37,284 nucleotides of DNA from a bacterium (lineage in GTDB: Bacteria > Cyanobacteriota > Vampirovibrionia > Obscuribacterales > JAKAZS01), in assembly GCA_021785395.1 (NCBI GenBank), contig JAJYFO010000004.1:1-37284 (forward strand), written 5' to 3'. Below are positions 35,772 through 37,284 of this stretch, piece by piece. Positions within the stretch are counted from its first letter, which is position 1. Each line of letters begins with the position of its first letter. The translations under genes were made by a program, and so were the position numbers. The notes under the pieces are model-generated. The model saw nothing but the letters and a program-made list of their open reading frames with translations. It made no database searches and had not been told where the DNA came from.

Positions 35772-36569
35772 ATGACAGACCAAAATATTTTGACTTACGA
35801 TGTTAAAGATAAAGTTGCTACTATAACATTAAACCGACCCGATAAACTAAACGCTTTTAACGATGAACTTACTTTTGCTTTACAAGACGCCTTAGATAGC
35901 GCCAATAAAGATAAAAACGTTCGCAGTGTTATTTTGACCGGATCTGGTCGTGGGTTCTGTGCTGGTCAGGATTTGGCCAGTCGCAATATAAAGGATAATG
36001 ATACGAGTTTTAATCTAGGTGACTCGATTCGCAAACGCTATAACCCTATAATAATTAAAATTAGGCGCATAGAAAAACCAATTATTGCGGCGATTAATGG
36101 GGTTGCAGCCGGAGCTGGAGCTAGTCTTGCCTTTGCCTGTGATTTTAAACTATGTGTTAGTAGTGTAAAATTTATCCAATCGTTTAGTAAAGTTGGTCTT
36201 GTACCAGATTCAGGCTCAACATTTATGCTTCCAAGACTAATCGGCCTTACTAAAGCTTTCGAGCTTATGCTTTTAGCTTCGCCGTTAACGGCTGAAGAGG
36301 CTTTGAAACTTGGTTTAGTTAATAATGTTTATGATACACCCGAAGAGTTAATGCTCAAAGCGTCTGAGTTAGCGATTAACTTGGCTAATGGGCCTAGTTT
36401 TGCCTATGGACTAACTAAAAGAGCCGTTAACCGGAGTCTATTTCCTGATTTAGAAGAACTTTTAGAATACGAAGCTTGCTTGCAAGAATTAGCTGGTAAA
36501 AGCGACGATTTTAAAGAAGGTGTTCAAGCCTTTTTAAATAAACGAGAACCCGTTTATCAGGGTAAATAG
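35772..36569 (+). CDS. enoyl-CoA hydratase/isomerase, PaaG-like
   Basis: ATITLNRPDKLNAF, LTGSGRGFCAGQDL, NGVAAGAGASLAFACD and EGVQAFLNKREP. ATG 35772 with aagagg upstream is preferred to track start 35712, which overlaps the previous gene. Confidence 0.85.
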   Translation: MTDQNILTYDVKDKVATITLNRPDKLNAFNDELTFALQDALDSANKDKNVRSVILTGSGRGFCAGQDLASRNIKDNDTSFNLGDSIRKRYNPIIIKIRRIEKPIIAAINGVAAGAGASLAFACDFKLCVSSVKFIQSFSKVGLVPDSGSTFMLPRLIGLTKAFELMLLASPLTAEEALKLGLVNNVYDTPEELMLKASELAINLANGPSFAYGLTKRAVNRSLFPDLEELLEYEACLQELAGKSDDFKEGVQAFLNKREPVYQGK

Positions 36570-36684
36570 TATTAATATTTTTTATAAAGTTTATCTAAAC
36601 TTCAAAATTACTTATTTATTAAATTAGGCTTAAACTAAATGTTTGTTTTTAGCCTTGATTCTTTATTCTACTATGGAGATACAT

Positions 36685-37242
36685 ATGGCCAACAAGGTAC
36701 TTTTACTTATGGATTTACAAAACGCCATTTTACAGATGGCCAATGCTAAAGACAATTACTATGAAAAAATCAATAATGTAATTTCATACGCTCGCAAAGA
36801 ATTAATTCCGGTTATATTTGTAGTAGTTAAATTCCGCAAAAATTATCCTGAAATTAATTCTAATAACAAAAGTTTCAATTCGATAAAATCGATGGGATTT
36901 TCTTTTGAGGATAACAGTGAGTTGGTTCAAATAAGTCCCAAAATTGATTGTAATCCAGATGATATAATAATTACAAAACGCAGAGTAAGTGCCTTTAGTG
37001 GGTCTGATTTAGAAATTATTTTAAAGTCACAAAATATTAATCATTTGGTTTTAACAGGTATTGCTACCAGTGGTGTCGTTCTATCTACTATAAGAGAAGC
37101 TTGCGATAAAGATTATCAAGTAACAGTAATTGAAGATTGCTGTTTGGATATGGATGATGAAGTTCATAGGGTTTTAACTGAAAAAATATTTCCTAAACAA
37201 GCTAGTGTAATAAAAGCTGAACAGTTTATTTTAGGTAAATAA
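36685..37242 (+). CDS. isochorismatase-family hydrolase lacking the usual nucleophilic Cys
   Basis: VLLLMDLQN (Asp), ITKRRVSAF (Lys), and LVLTGIATSGVVLST with Val (nt 37075..37077) where the family Cys normally sits. ATG 36685 with ggaga upstream is preferred to 36643. Confidence 0.8.
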   Translation: MANKVLLLMDLQNAILQMANAKDNYYEKINNVISYARKELIPVIFVVVKFRKNYPEINSNNKSFNSIKSMGFSFEDNSELVQISPKIDCNPDDIIITKRRVSAFSGSDLEIILKSQNINHLVLTGIATSGVVLSTIREACDKDYQVTVIEDCCLDMDDEVHRVLTEKIFPKQASVIKAEQFILGK

Positions 37243-37284
37243 GCTAATAAATTTACTTTTTATTTTTGTATTTATTAATTAACT

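Noticed and set aside
1-37284. Scan for tRNA/rRNA genes, IS elements, integrases, prophage genes, known defence-system hallmarks and CRISPR arrays
   Set aside because: No ORF shows transposase, integrase, recombinase, nuclease-helicase or phage structural motifs. No cloverleaf-like or rRNA-like segment stood out in the intergenic gaps. Absence is by eye only and should be confirmed with tRNAscan-SE, Infernal, ISEScan and DefenseFinder.

Overview
AT-rich bacterial chromosomal window with about 41 supportable CDS. I found no rRNA, tRNA, CRISPR array, transposase or integrase. All family calls come from reading motifs in the supplied translations; no database search was run. Layout: (1) 1..5400 is an accessory-looking block of unnamed genes. 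It holds two pairs of tandem paralogs, an Asn-rich ORF with an in-frame 18-bp triplication, and a convergent 999-aa protein with one HExxH zincin motif, a Gly/Ala-rich hydrophobic segment and degenerate YPNG/FPDG repeats. (2) 5635..13897 is a tightly packed 8-gene operon joining etfB-etfA-ETF:quinone oxidoreductase to the 3-hydroxykynurenine branch of tryptophan catabolism (3-hydroxyanthranilate dioxygenase, ACMSD, kynureninase, KMO) plus acylphosphatase. (3) 14548..23528 is a signalling region. It holds a secreted protein, a CHASE3-like/PAS histidine kinase, two stand-alone receivers, an Hpt-pseudoREC-REC-GGDEF protein with a degenerate GLDEF site, and a minus-strand GAF-GGDEF / zinc-ribbon / Sel1-repeat trio. 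(4) proC and an OmpR/HK pair followed by a 58-bp duplicated relic of the kinase 3' end. (5) A minus-strand PP2C-FHA-secreted protein group and an ABC1/UbiB-type kinase with a phasin-like coiled-coil protein. (6) Arginase, then a Paa-like acyl-CoA cluster: a lone diiron PaaA-like oxygenase, a hotdog thioesterase, EthD, three crotonases (one with a C-terminal zinc ribbon) and a Cys-less isochorismatase-like hydrolase. Many genes use TTG/GTG starts with AGGAG-type ribosome-binding sites. The best candidates for something undescribed are the left-hand paralog/HExxH locus, the Hpt-REC-REC-GLDEF relay and the minimal Paa-like cluster. None can be assigned a function from sequence alone. The source taxon cannot be determined from this window.
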